Shown: positions 45,517 to 57,729 of the stretch, piece after piece | Layout: every line of letters begins with the position of its first letter | Position numbering within the stretch: the stretch's first letter is position 1 | NCBI GenBank assembly: GCA_043228905.1 | Contig: JBHGNT010000011.1 | Span: forward strand, 7,502,001 to 7,566,000 | DNA: 64,000 nucleotides | From: Azolla caroliniana | Taxonomy: Eukaryota > Plantae > Polypodiophyta | Reading direction: 5' to 3' | Translations under genes and position numbers: made by a program | The notes under the pieces: model-generated | The model's database searches: none | Told to the model about the DNA's origin: nothing | Seen by the model: the letters and a program-made list of their open reading frames with translations, nothing else

Positions 45517-47853
45517 TCACACGTCTTGACATATGTTTGACATCAGCATGTAGCATGAAGCCTTCTCTGCATCCAGTAACACAGCTTCATGGTAGCATGT
45601 TCTCCCTAACTCATTGTTCCCAAATGTTTTGCAGGCAGTAAGCAGAGTCAACCATCCCGTAACATTTGGCACTCTTGGCATGCTACGGAGAAGCTTTTCA
45701 GCTTCATCCAATCTTCCTACTCGCCCCAGAATATCAATAACACAATTGAAATGTTCCATTCTTGGCATGAGGTCATAGTTATCCCTCATGTTCATAAACA
45801 TGTTATACCCTTTTTCAGCTTGGCCTTCATGACTACAAGCAGCAAGGATGCTCGTAAAAGTCCAACTGTCTGGCTTAAGACCTTGAGATTGCATGTCCTT
45901 TAGGCACTGTAGAGCCAAATTACTATAGCCATGCTGAGAATATCCTGCAATCAAAGCGTTCCATGAAGATGCATCTCTGGTTGGTAACATTTCATGAACA
46001 GCATGTGCCTCCCGTAAACACCCACAATTGCTGTACATATCAATGAGGGTAGTTCCCGTTTCAACATCAGTTACCAAACCAAAGTCAACGATCTGATTAT
46101 GTATCATGCGGCCCTTCATTACAGCTCCTATCATGCCACATGATTTCAAGACCAATAACAAAACAACCCTGTTCGGCTCTTTGCCTTCTTTTTGCATCTT
46201 TTCAAAGAGTTCAAGGGCAAGAAATCCATCATTATTCTTTGCACATCCATCCAGCATTGCTCCCCAAGATACTTCATCTCGAACCGGTAAAGTGTCAAAT
46301 ACCCTCTTCCCTTCATCCAAGGATCCATAATTTGCATACATGTCAATTAGAGCATTTCCAACAGTTATGACTGAATCAAGTCCATTTTTGATGACCTGAT
46401 GTTGAATAAGCCTACCATCACTTATATTACCTGTAGTTATGCATAGTCTCAACAAGCTTAAATAGATAACCTCATTCGGTGTTTTCCCTGTCCGCTGCAT
46501 TTTGAGAAAAAGCTGGAAAGCATAGTCAAACTGTCCATGGGCACCATGGCCTGAAATGATCGCACCCCATGATACTATATTTTGAACATGTAAGCCATCA
46601 AAAACTGCTCGTGCATCTTCCAAGCTCCCACATTTTGCATACATATCAATAAGTGTGTTCTGTATCATTGTGTCTGATCCATCACCAGTTTCTAACAACA
46701 ACGCATGTAACAGCTTGCACTTACACAAAAACCCTAAGCGTGTACATGCTTTGATGATGGACAAGGCCAAAGCTTTTTCCAGACGAACACCAGTTTGTTG
46801 CATCCTCTCAAAAAGCCTAAGTGCATCAACATAATACCCATCATTGACATATCCTGAAATCATCGTATTCCATGATACAGCATCATGTTTAGACATTCCA
46901 ATGAAAGTTCTGAAGGCATCCTCAATGTTTCCACATCTAACATACATGTCAATAAGAGTGTTCCCAGTAATTAAGTCTGTGTGAAGGTTGCTTCTTATTA
47001 CGAGATCATGGATAAACATTCCATATTCTCTTGCTGCCTCACCTCCACAAGATTTCAAAACAACAGAGAACATAACAGGATTTGGATTTATGTCACTTTG
47101 AACCATCTTAGAAAAAAGAGTCAAAACTCGAACAATATGACCTTGGCTGGCATAACCTGCGATTATAGCACCCCATGACACAATGGTTCGATTCTTCAAG
47201 TCATCAAACACCTTTTGTGCTTCCTCCAACATTCCACGTTTTGCATACATGTCAAGAAGAATATTTCCTATCATAATGTCTGATTCCATACTGTCTTTAA
47301 TGATTTGTTGATGTAGAATTCGAAGATTTATTGTGATTCCCGTGTTGTTACATGCTTTTAAGATGGAGGAGTAGGTGACTTTGCATGGTTTGATACCATC
47401 TCGTTGCATCAATTGGAAAAGTTGAAGAGGAACATGGACATGTCCATATTGAGCATAACCAGAAATCAACACATTCCACGATATCACGTCTCTATTTGAC
47501 ATCAAATCAAAAACTCTTTGTGAATCTACCAAAAGACCACATTTGGCATACATATCAATGAGAGTGTTTCCGGTCATCAAATCAGCGTTCATTCCACCTT
47601 CAACAACTTGGCTATGCAAAATCCTGCCTTCTCTATGCTCTTCAGCAATACCACACGCTTTTAACATGGCAAGGAAAAGTGAAACTCTAGGTTTTACATC
47701 ATTTCGTTGTTGGTGCATCATCTTATAGAACAAATCCAGAGCCATACGACCTTCTCGTTGTTTAACACACGAAGAAACCATGGCATACCAAGAATGGGAG
47801 CAAGTGCTATGCATCTGAGAAACCTCTCGTGCTTGGAACAAATTTCCAGACAT
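45517..47853 (-). CDS. PLS-class pentatricopeptide repeat protein (organellar RNA-editing-factor type) with short E extension, no DYW
   Basis: 778-aa uninterrupted ORF with repeating GNTLIDMYAKCG / DVISWNVLISGY / TYSSILKAC triplets, then EHFNCVIDILGRVGRLDEA and WLTLLTACK...YMLMSNI; true start uncertain. Confidence 0.93.
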   Translation of the reverse strand: MSGNLFQAREVSQMHSTCSHSWYAMVSSCVKQREGRMALDLFYKMMHQQRNDVKPRVSLFLAMLKACGIAEEHREGRILHSQVVEGGMNADLMTGNTLIDMYAKCGLLVDSQRVFDLMSNRDVISWNVLISGYAQYGHVHVPLQLFQLMQRDGIKPCKVTYSSILKACNNTGITINLRILHQQIIKDSMESDIMIGNILLDMYAKRGMLEEAQKVFDDLKNRTIVSWGAIIAGYASQGHIVRVLTLFSKMVQSDINPNPVMFSVVLKSCGGEAAREYGMFIHDLVIRSNLHTDLITGNTLIDMYVRCGNIEDAFRTFIGMSKHDAVSWNTMISGYVNDGYYVDALRLFERMQQTGVRLEKALALSIIKACTRLGFLCKCKLLHALLLETGDGSDTMIQNTLIDMYAKCGSLEDARAVFDGLHVQNIVSWGAIISGHGAHGQFDYAFQLFLKMQRTGKTPNEVIYLSLLRLCITTGNISDGRLIQHQVIKNGLDSVITVGNALIDMYANYGSLDEGKRVFDTLPVRDEVSWGAMLDGCAKNNDGFLALELFEKMQKEGKEPNRVVLLLVLKSCGMIGAVMKGRMIHNQIVDFGLVTDVETGTTLIDMYSNCGCLREAHAVHEMLPTRDASSWNALIAGYSQHGYSNLALQCLKDMQSQGLKPDSWTFTSILAACSHEGQAEKGYNMFMNMRDNYDLMPRMEHFNCVIDILGRVGRLDEAEKLLRSMPRVPNVTGWLTLLTACKTFGNNELGRTCYHEAVLLDAEKASCYMLMSNICQDV

Positions 47854-48679
47854 CGCGTAAACGAGTATAAGATGATCTTGGAAGATGGGGACATTGGAGA
47901 ATCCAACTCTGGATCAAAGCTTGGGGGGAATTGTACGTGTTGCCCATGACAATGATTGGGGGGGGGGGGGGGGGGTTCCTCCATTCCTGCACATCATCTG
48001 CGAAGGGTTGTGGAGGAAGGCGGGGGGAATGGGTGGAAATCACTCACTCACTCACTCTGTTAACCCCACTCTTCGACTATGTACTGAGTATGTATGTACA
48101 TATTCGAATGGTAGGTAGGTATGTATGTATGTATGTAGTTGTGCTACATAGTAGCAGGCTGCCAGCACTTCTCATTGAAGGAAGAAGCAAAAGTAAAATG
48201 TTTGTGTGTGTGTACATAGTTTGAGAGTGGACCAACTAACTATCTTTCTTTTAGTGATAGAAGAAGCAATTGTTTTTTTAGTTTTTCTAGCAAGAACGAT
48301 GGGACGATGATGATGAATGATGTTGTTGGATTCGGTCGCTCCATGCCTCTCTCTCTCTCTCTCTCTCTCTCTATGTAGTATGCATGAGAGCGCTTGCTTG
48401 AAGAAACTTGTCATATGCAATCATAGATTGACATACATATTCACATTCATGGGTGGGGCCTCCCCCACGAATGCATACCAAATACATGCAAAAGTATTTG
48501 TTTCCTTTTCTTTTTGACAAAAAAAAAACCGTCTTTTGTTTTTCAATGCTAGCAACGACTGAACAACAAACAGCGAACAACCATCCAAGAAGTTCACCCT
48601 AGATCTTGTGTGTGATGCCCTGTTCTCAGCTTGCAAATTACGGTTTCGGCTGAAAACTCTAATTTTAGTCAAAACCCTA

Positions 48680-48895
48680 ATTTCGACCATATTTCCTCTT
48701 CTTGGCTTGCAAGGAGTACCATGATGCCGTCTCATCAAACTCAACATCTCGGCTTACTCGAACCTGCTTAGTCCGAGGGTTATAGCACTTATATCCCTTT
48801 TGGTCATGCGAGTAGCCGACTAGGATGCACTTCTCTGACTTCCGATTGAGCTTCTTTCGCTTCTCCTTCGGTACATGCACATATGCTATGCTACC
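48680..48895 (-). mobile_element. Copia family A copy 3, integrase C-terminal remnant split off by the nested copy
   Basis: GSIAYVHVPKEKRKKL...KCILVGY...VSRDVEFDE; continues seamlessly from 54745. Confidence 0.9.
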
Positions 48896-48947
48896 TGTGG
48901 AAACGTATGTGCGGAAGCGTAAGACAACAACTTGGCTACGTAGCAGC

Positions 48948-48979
<32 letters not shown>

Positions 48980-51900
48980 TAATACACAGAATACAGAGAG
49001 TACTTGGGATAGACAGAGAGAGTAGAACAATAATCTAAATTCAAAAATTATATCAACACTCTATACATGAAACGTGCTCAACAACACTATTTATACAAGT
49101 CCTGAGAGGACTGACAAAAGTACCGCGTATTTCAATGCTCACTCGAGCGTTGGCCCTGACTACGAGACTGTTAACTCCCTAGTAGTCTAGCTGCTAGTAG
49201 GCTTTCAGTTATTGGTGGATCTGGCTAACCGGCTCCCCAACTCACCGGGTCACTTGCTCACCGGGTCACCGATCCGGCTCAGGCTTATTCAATAGATCCG
49301 GATCTGGTTGAGCCTGCCGCTCAACACTCCCCCTCAAGCTCAACTTGAGGTCAGATCCATGGTAGCCGGTTCTTCCACCTGGCTCCTTTTGGCGTCACTC
49401 CGCCTCACTCGCGCTCCTCGTTCGGTCCGGTCCCGTTTGCCGCAACCCTTCTGTTCCTGCGCACCTCGACCTCCTCGGTCGGCTTGTCTGATCAATAGGC
49501 CCAATTCAGCTCCCTCGCTGTTGTGACTTCGGCTCTTGCCGATTCGCCGATTCCTTCATGTTGGCATCGACTTTCACTGCCTTCTCATCCTCTTGGCCTA
49601 GAATTGATCCGGTTCTTCTGAATCCTGTAGAACCGAATCGGTTGTCTCTGATTCATTCAAGCTCTTGTCTGAATCGGTTGCTCCCGATTCGTCTTCTGGC
49701 TCTAGGCCCTTCACCACATCGGACCATGTCTGGGTCTTGGCCTTCTTCTTCCAGTCGGCTCTGTCCTTCTTGACTCTGCCTCCGCTGCCGCTTGTTCTGA
49801 CTTGTTCGGATGTGTCGACTTCCTTTGTCGACTCGGCTCCTTTCTTCTTCTTGTATCCCCCTTTGTCGATTCTTCCCTCACTGGCACAATTGGCAGCCTC
49901 TTTGTCTTTGCTCGTTCCGGTGTCTTTGCCTGTTCTCCCCCTCAAGTGGGGCACGTCGAGATGTTGAACACCAAGCATTTCAGTGAAGTGCTACAACTTG
50001 TCTGATCCGAGCGGTTTGGTGAAGATGTCAGCAACTTGTCGATCTGTATGAACATACCGAAGTTCGACTTCACCGCTCAGGACACGCTCACGCATGAAGT
50101 GATAGTGCACTTCTATGTGCTTTGTGCGAGCATGGAATACGAGGTTCTTGGCGAGCTGCATGCTGCTCATATTGTCAAAGTAGATCAGGATCGGGGTCGA
50201 TACCTTGATCCGTAGATCCTGCAACAGTTGCCGAAGCCAAATGGCTTCACAGGTGGCAACGATAGCGCCCCGATACTCAGCCTCAGTGCTCGACAGAGCC
50301 AATGTTGGTTGCTTTTTGCTGCTCCACGCAACAACCGCGCTACCTAGGGAAAACATGTATTGGAAGTTGATCGGCGATCTGATGCATCGCCGGCCCAATC
50401 AGCATCAGTGTAACCGACTAGCTCTTCGGTTATACCTCGCCGGTATAACAGTCCCTGGTCCTTTGTGCCGCTCACATACCGCAATATTCGGTGCGTGCAC
50501 TGAAGATGCTCTACAGTCGGCTTTTGCATGAATTGGCTAATCACACCGACCGGATAGCTTATGTCGGGTTGGGTGATGGTCAAATATATAAGGCTTTCGA
50601 CAATTTGTCGGAACCGTTTCTCATCGCAGGCCTGTCCAAAATTGGGACAAAGCTTCTGGTTCCGGTCCAGGGGTGTTGAGATAGGTCGACATTCTGTCAT
50701 GCCGAACTTGTACTGCATATTCAACACATAATGTCTTTGTGAGAGCAATATGTCGTTAGGGGTTCGGATCACCTTGATCCCAAGGAAATAGTGAAGGTCC
50801 CCCAGGTCCATCTCAAATGCGTTCGACAGCTGGGACTTTACTCGGCTGATTTCATCGAGCCCGGGTCTGGTGATGACTAGATCATCAACATACAACAAGA
50901 TGCAAACCGGACCGTCCGGACCTTGCCGGATGAAAAACGAAGAGTCGAACTTGGAGGCCGCAAACCCCATCTTACGCAACCGGTGCGTAATCTTCGCATT
51001 CCATGCTTGGGGGGCTTGCTTCAGGCCATAAAGTGACTTCTTCAGCCGGCATACAGCCGACTTGTTCATCTCCGATTGAAAACCGAGGGGCTGAGTCATA
51101 TAGACTTCTTCTTCAAGATCACCTTGAAGAAACGCATTCTTCACATCCATCTGGTGAAGATGCCACCCCCTTGCTGCTGAAACCGCCAGTACCACACGAA
51201 CTGTCGTCATCTTCGCTACTAGAGCGAAGGTCTCGTCATAGTTGATTCCGTGGGTCTGCGCATATCCCTTCGCCACTAATCGGGCCTTGTACCGGTTAAT
51301 TGAACTGTCAGTGTTGTACTTTACCTTGTACACCCACTTGCATCCGATCGGTTTACAGTGACGAGGAGGGTCAACCAGGTCCCCTGTCTTGTTGGCATCA
51401 AGTTCCTGCATTTCTTCCTCCATAGCGGCACGCCAATTCGCGTCCTTTTCCGCTTCTGCGTAGCTCTCCGACTCACGCACTTCCGCCACCTTGGTCATGT
51501 ACGCATAGTGATGCGCCATGTACTCATTGTACCTGTACCGGATCACGGGGTTCTTCTGGCGGGTTGACCGGTGTAACTCACCGTTACTCGGTTTGAGACC
51601 CTATTTGGCCAGGTCCTTTCCGGAGTCAGATTCGCTCCAATCCGACTCAACGTTGCCGGTATCGTATTCCGGCATCTTCTTCTTCTCCTTCTCTCTTTTG
51701 CAAGTGAACTGTCTCCTTGGTTCCTTGCACGGGGAGAGCACGACAGAGTCTCCACTACTCGCTAGTTCCTCATCTGACTGGTCATCTCGACTCAGCCGCT
51801 CATTCGGTCCACTTAACCGAAAGGAGATCGGATTCTCTTCTAGAGTGCCGACGTCCTCATCTTCGAACTGGACCAATTCAAGCTCACTAGCCTCATCCTC

Positions 51901-54739
51901 CAGTATCGGGTCGGGGCCGAAAGTCGGAGCTGGTAAGGCATACCATGATGCCGTCTTAGCAAACTCAACATCTTGGCTAACTTGGACCTGCTTTGTCCGG
52001 GGGTTATAACATTTATACCCCTTTTGCTCATGCGAGTAACCGACTAGGATGCATTTCTTCGACTTTGCATCCAACTTCCTCCACTTCTCATCTAGTACAT
52101 GCATATATGCAATGCTACTGAATATTCAAAGGTGTCGCAAATTCGGCTTGCGCCCGAAATACAACTCATGCGCAGACACCTTGTCACCGATCCGATTTTG
52201 GATATAGACGGCCGTCCGGACCGCCTCCGCCCAGTAGAAATGGGGCATGCTCTTCTCTTCCAACATTGTCCTTGCCGCGTCGATAAGCGACCAGTTCTTC
52301 CTCTCGGCTACACCGTTCTGTTCCGGTGTGTATCTGCAGCTGAACTCTCGCCGAAATCCTGTTTGTTGCAGATAACTGTTGAATTGGCCGGAAAAATATT
52401 CTTTTCTGCCATCCGACCGCAGACACTTGATCTTTCTCTCCGATTCCCGCTCCACCATTCTTTGGAGGTTCCGGAAACAGTCGAAGACTTCGCTCTTTTG
52501 CTCAATGAGGTAGATCCATGTGTGCCGACTGTAGTCGTCGATGAAGGAGACGAAATATTGACTCCCGCCAAGACTCATGTTCGGTGCCTGTCCCCATACA
52601 TCCAAATGAATAAGGTCGAGCTTGTTACGGCTACGATTTCGTTCGGTGGGGAATGGAAGCCGGTGTTGCTTCCCGAGTTGGCAGGCTTCACATATTTGGG
52701 CCTTCCGGCCACTGAACTTCGGCAAACCGAAAACAACTTGTTTCGTTTGCAGGTCTTGAAGCCTCCGGTAATTGACATGGCCGGTCCGCTTGTGCCACAG
52801 GTCGATGTCAGATTCGACCTTCTGTCCTTTGGCGAACAAAGCGGTGCCGACGTCATTGGTGTTGAGGATGAACATCCTCCCGTCTCTACGCCCTTGTGCA
52901 ATGATTTGGCCCTCTTCCTCGATGAAGCACCCGAGGTGCGTAAACTGCACCTGCATTCCCTAGTTGACAATCTGTCCAACCGACACCAGGTTCTTCGTGA
53001 TAGTCGGAACGTGTAATACGTTCATCAGCTTCCCCCTCTGTCCGACGTGGCTCAAAGGGACTTCGTCAATATGCACGATTGGGTGAGGAGTGTCGTCTCG
53101 GGTTTCGAGAACTCCCAGTTGTTTCGGTTTCTCCAGGAAAGAGAACCACTCTTTGTGGCTCGTCATGTGATTCGATGCACCGGAATCAACATACCATACT
53201 TCCTCCGATTTGGAAGTGGTCTTCTTCATTGAATTTGCCTCGTGCTTCATTACCAAGGCTGGCCCCTTACCGGTCTTCCCGGTTGGGGATCCTTTCGATC
53301 CTTGTGCCGGTTCTCCCGACTGGTTTTGTCGGATCCAGATCTATCAGAACCGGCGCGCTTCTTCCAGCACTCGCTTTCTCTATGGCCCTTTTTGCCATAG
53401 TACTAGCATTCCGTGGTGGATTTGTCTTGCCAGCCTCCAGCGCTGCCTTGACTCCCCTTGCTTGTGGAAGTCCCGGAACTGCTGTCGGCCCGTTCTTTGT
53501 GCCTTCTTTCCTGCTCTTGCCGACCGCTTCCAATGCGTGCCGAGCCACCTTGTCCCCTACGCCCATGGGGCCTATCCGCCTCCGGTTGTCCAATTGAGTG
53601 GTCCTAGACCCACTCGCGTGGTTTTCTTCGACCATCAGCATCGATTGCAAGTCGAAGAAGGTCGGTGGCTTCTCCCGGGTGCAGATCGTTGTCCGGATTG
53701 GCCCCTACCTTTGTGCTAGACCACCAAGGTAGATTTGTACCATTTCTTCTTCGTCCACCGTCACGTTGATGGACCCAAGCGCGTCGCAAATCTCCTTTAT
53801 TTTGGTGGTGTAGTCCGTGACCGACATATCTTTTTGTCAGATGTTGTTCAGCTCTTGCCAGAGCTGCAACTTACGGGTTGTGGTACTTGTGGTGAAAATC
53901 TTACGCAGATTTTCCCAGGCCTCCTTCAACGTTTTTGCATCCTTGATGTAGTTGAGCATCTGGTCATGCACACAGGACGTGAGGCAATATAATACTCGGC
54001 TCGCTCCTTGCTCCCATACCGGGAAGTCCTTGTGTCCAGGCTCTGGTGCTATCTCATTCGTTCCTTCCACGAAACTCCAATACCCATGCCCCAATAGGTA
54101 CTGGTGCATTTTGTATGACTAGGACGCGTAGTTGCTCCGGTCGAGCTTCTCTGTAGGAAGCGAACTCGCCATACCTCTGTCCATATATATTTTTTTTCTC
54201 TGTCTACTGTTCTATTCTCACAACCTGTAGGGTTTGTCTTGCGAAAGCGAATGTCGGCTACAGAGGTCTTCAACCCTCGCGCTCTGATACCATGTGGAAA
54301 CGTATGTGCGGAAGCGTAAGACAACAACTTGGCTGCGTAGCAGCAAAGAGAAAGAGAGAGAGAGAATAATACACAGAATATAGAGAGTACTTGGGAGAGA
54401 CAGAGAGAGTAGAACAATAATCTAAATTCAAAAATTATATCAACACTCTGTACATGAAACGTGCTCAACAACACTATTTATACAAGTCCTGAGAGGATTG
54501 ACAGAAGTACCGCGTACTTCAATGCTCACTCGAGTGTCTAGCCCTGACTACGTGATTGTTAACTCCCTAGTAGTCTAGCTGCTACTAGGCTTCCGGTTAC
54601 TAGTGGATCCGGCTAACCGGCTCCCCAGCTCACCAGCTCACTTGCTCACCGGGTCACCGATCCGGCTCATCCTTCCGGATGCCGATTCGGCTCAGGCTTA
54701 TTCAGCCGATCCGGATCCTATTGAGCTTGCCGTTCAACA
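48896..54739 (-). mobile_element. Full-length Ty1/copia family A copy 2 (5844 bp)
   Basis: LTRs 48896-49326 and 54293-54739, TSD CTACC on both sides, PBS 54281-54292, PPT 49327-49335, gag-PR-INT-RT(LYVDD)-RH with several stops and frameshifts. Confidence 0.97.
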
Positions 54740-54744
54740 CTACC

Positions 54745-57198
54745 GAATATCCGAAGGTGTCTCAAATTCGGCTTCCGCCCGAAATACAACTCATGTGATG
54801 ACACCTTGTCTCCAATCCGGTTTTGGATGTAGACGGCCGTCCATACCGCCTAAGCCCAGTAGAATTGGGGCATGCTCTTCTTCTCCAGCAGTGCCCTTGC
54901 CGCATCGACAATTGACCGGTTCTTCCTTTCGGCCACACTGTTTTGCTCTCTGAATTCCGTTCTGGTGCAGATAACTGTTGAATTGGCCGAAAAAGTATTC
55001 TTTTCCGCCATCCGACCGTAGGCACTTGATCTTCCTCTCAGTTTCCCGTTAGACTAAGCTTTGAAGGTTCAACAACTATCTGCAGCTGAATTCTCTTCGA
55101 ATTCCGTTCTACTGCAGATAACTGTTGAATTGGCCGGAAAAGTATTCTTTTCCGCCATCCGACAACAGACACTTGATCTTCCTCTTAGTTTCCCGTTCGA
55201 CTAACCTTTGAAGGTTTTGGAAACATTTGAAGACTTCACTCTTCCTCTCAATGAGGTAGATCCATGTGTGCCGGTTGTAGTCATCGATGAAGAAGACGAA
55301 GTATCGACTCCCGCCAAGACTAACGTTTTGTGCCGGTCCCCATACATCCGAATGGATTAGATCGAGCTTGTTATGGCTCCGGTTTCGTTCGTTGGGGAAT
55401 GGAAACCAGTGTTGTTTCCTGAGTTGGCAGGCTTCACAAATTTTGGCCTTCCGGCCGCTAAATTTCGGCAAAGCGAAAACAACTTGTTTCGATTGCAAGT
55501 CCCGAAGCCTCCAGTAGTTGACGTGGCCGATCCACTTATGCCAGAGATCGATGTCGGATTCAATCTTCTATCCTGTGGCAAACATGGCAGTGCCGACGTC
55601 ATTAGTGTTGAGGATGAACATCCTCCCTTCCATGTGCCCTTGCGCGATTATCCAGTCTTCTTCCTCGATGAAGCACCCGAGGTGCGTAAACCGCACCTGC
55701 ATCCCCTGGTTGACGATATTGTGCAACCGACACCAGGTTCTTTGTGATAGTCGGAACGTGTAGTACGTTCATCAACTTCCCCTTTTGTTCGACATGGCTT
55801 AAAGGGACTTCTCTGACATGCACAATCAAGTGTGGGGTGTCGTCTCCGGTTTCAACAATTCCTGGTTGTTTCGGTTTCTTCAAAAACAAGAACTACTCTT
55901 CATGACTCGTCATGTGGTTGGATGCTCCGGAATCAACGTACGATACTTCATCCAATCCGGAAGTAGTCTTCTTCATCGAGTTGGCGTTGTGCTTCATCAT
56001 GAAGGTTGGCCCTTTACCGGTCTTTCCGGTTCTGGATCCTTTCGATTCTTCCGCGTAGTGCGAGCTTTGCTAGTTCTCCTGACCAATTTTGCCGGATCCA
56101 GATTTGTCCTAATCGGCGTGCTTCTTCTAGCACTCGCTTTCCCTGTGGCCCTTTTTGCCATAGTACTAGCATTTCGTGTCGGCCTTTTCTTGCTGGTTCC
56201 CGGCGCCGCTTTGACTCCCCTTGCTTGTGGAGGGTCCAGAACTTCTGTCAGCACCACTTCTGTGCCTCTGGTCCTGCTCTTGTCGACCGTCTCCATTGCG
56301 TGCCAACCCACCAAGTCCACCACATCCATGGGGCTCATCCGTCTCTAAGTATAACATCCGGTCATCCAATTGAGAGGTCCTTGATCCACTCGTGTGGTTT
56401 TTCTTCGACCATTAGCATCGATTGCAAGTCGAAGAAAGACAGTGGTTTCTCTCGGATGCAAATCGTTGTCCGGATTGGCCTATACCTTTGTGCTAGACCA
56501 TCAAGGCAGATTTGTACCATCTCGTTTTCGTCTACCGTCACATTGATGAACCTGAGTGCGTTGCAAATCTCCTTTATCTTGGTGGTGTAATCTGTAACCG
56601 ACATGTCTCTTTGCCGGATGTTGCTCAGCTCTTGCCGGAGCTGCAACTTACGGGTTGTGGTACTCGCGGAGAAAATCTTCCTCAGATTTCCCTAGGCGCC
56701 CTTCGACGTCTTTGCATCCTTGATGTAGTCGAGCATCTGATCATGCACACAAGACGTGAGGCAGTACAATACTCATCTTGCTCCTTGCTCCCCATACCGG
56801 GAAGTCATTGTGTGTCGGCTCCGGTGCTACCTCGTTCGTTCATTCCACGAAGCTCCAATATCCATGCCCCAACAGGTACTGGTGCATCTTGTATGACTAG
56901 GACGTGTAGTTGCTTCGGTCGAGCTTCTCTGTTGGAAGTGAACTCGCCATCCCTCTATCCATATTTTCTCTTTGTCTGTTGTTGCTGGGTTCTAGGGTTC
57001 GTCTACGAAAGCAAGTGTCGACCGCAAAGGTTCTCAACCCTCACGCTTTGATACCATGCCAATGTTAACCTGCGGAAGCATTAGACAGAACCGGCTCAGC
57101 CGGATAGCAACAGAGAACAAGATGAAGGTTTAATGGTGAAGCTTAACACACAGAGAGTATACGCGGGAGAGAGAGAGAGAGAGAGAGAGGGAGGGAGG

Positions 57199-57240
<42 letters not shown>

Positions 57241-57581
57241 AGAAGATAAAGTCAATTAAAAAAATCACTCTAAAAACGCTCTATAACTTTGAGTACATAC
57301 AACGTGCTAAACAACACTATTTATACAAATCCATAAAGGATTGAAAAAAGTACAGACAAGCACTTCAATATTCCTACGTGCGACTGACACTATCTACGAG
57401 ACAATGATTACCTAGTAGTCTAGGCTACTACTAGGCTTCCGGTTCCCACTCGAATCCGGCTCTCCAATCCGTCTCCTCGATCCAGTCGGGTGTTTCCGGA
57501 TACTGGCTCATCCTTCCAGATGCCGATCCGGCTCAGGCTTCTTCAGCCGATCCGGATCCGGTTGAGCTTGCTCGCTCAACA
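54745..57581 (-). mobile_element. Copia family A copy 3 (5' LTR 57057-57581, PBS, gag, protease, integrase)
   Basis: Colinear with copies 1 and 2; PBS-like GCTTTGATACCA 57045-57056; long (GA)n in the LTR; internal duplication ~54950-55215. Confidence 0.93.
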
Positions 57582-57729
57582 GAATGTTTGTCTCTCGTGT
57601 TTGGCCTGAGCCCTGCACTATGTGCTCGCTGCTGTCATCTGGACGGACTTCCTACTCCCTCTGGTTGCTTGGTTTGAGACCCCCGTAGTCCTGCCCATTC
57701 TAACACGTACTTGCGGATTTATGCGACAA

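Noticed and set aside
52099-53016. 305-aa plus-strand ORF and similar antisense ORFs over retroelement pol genes
   Set aside because: Shadow frames antisense to GC-rich integrase sequence, with no independent motifs
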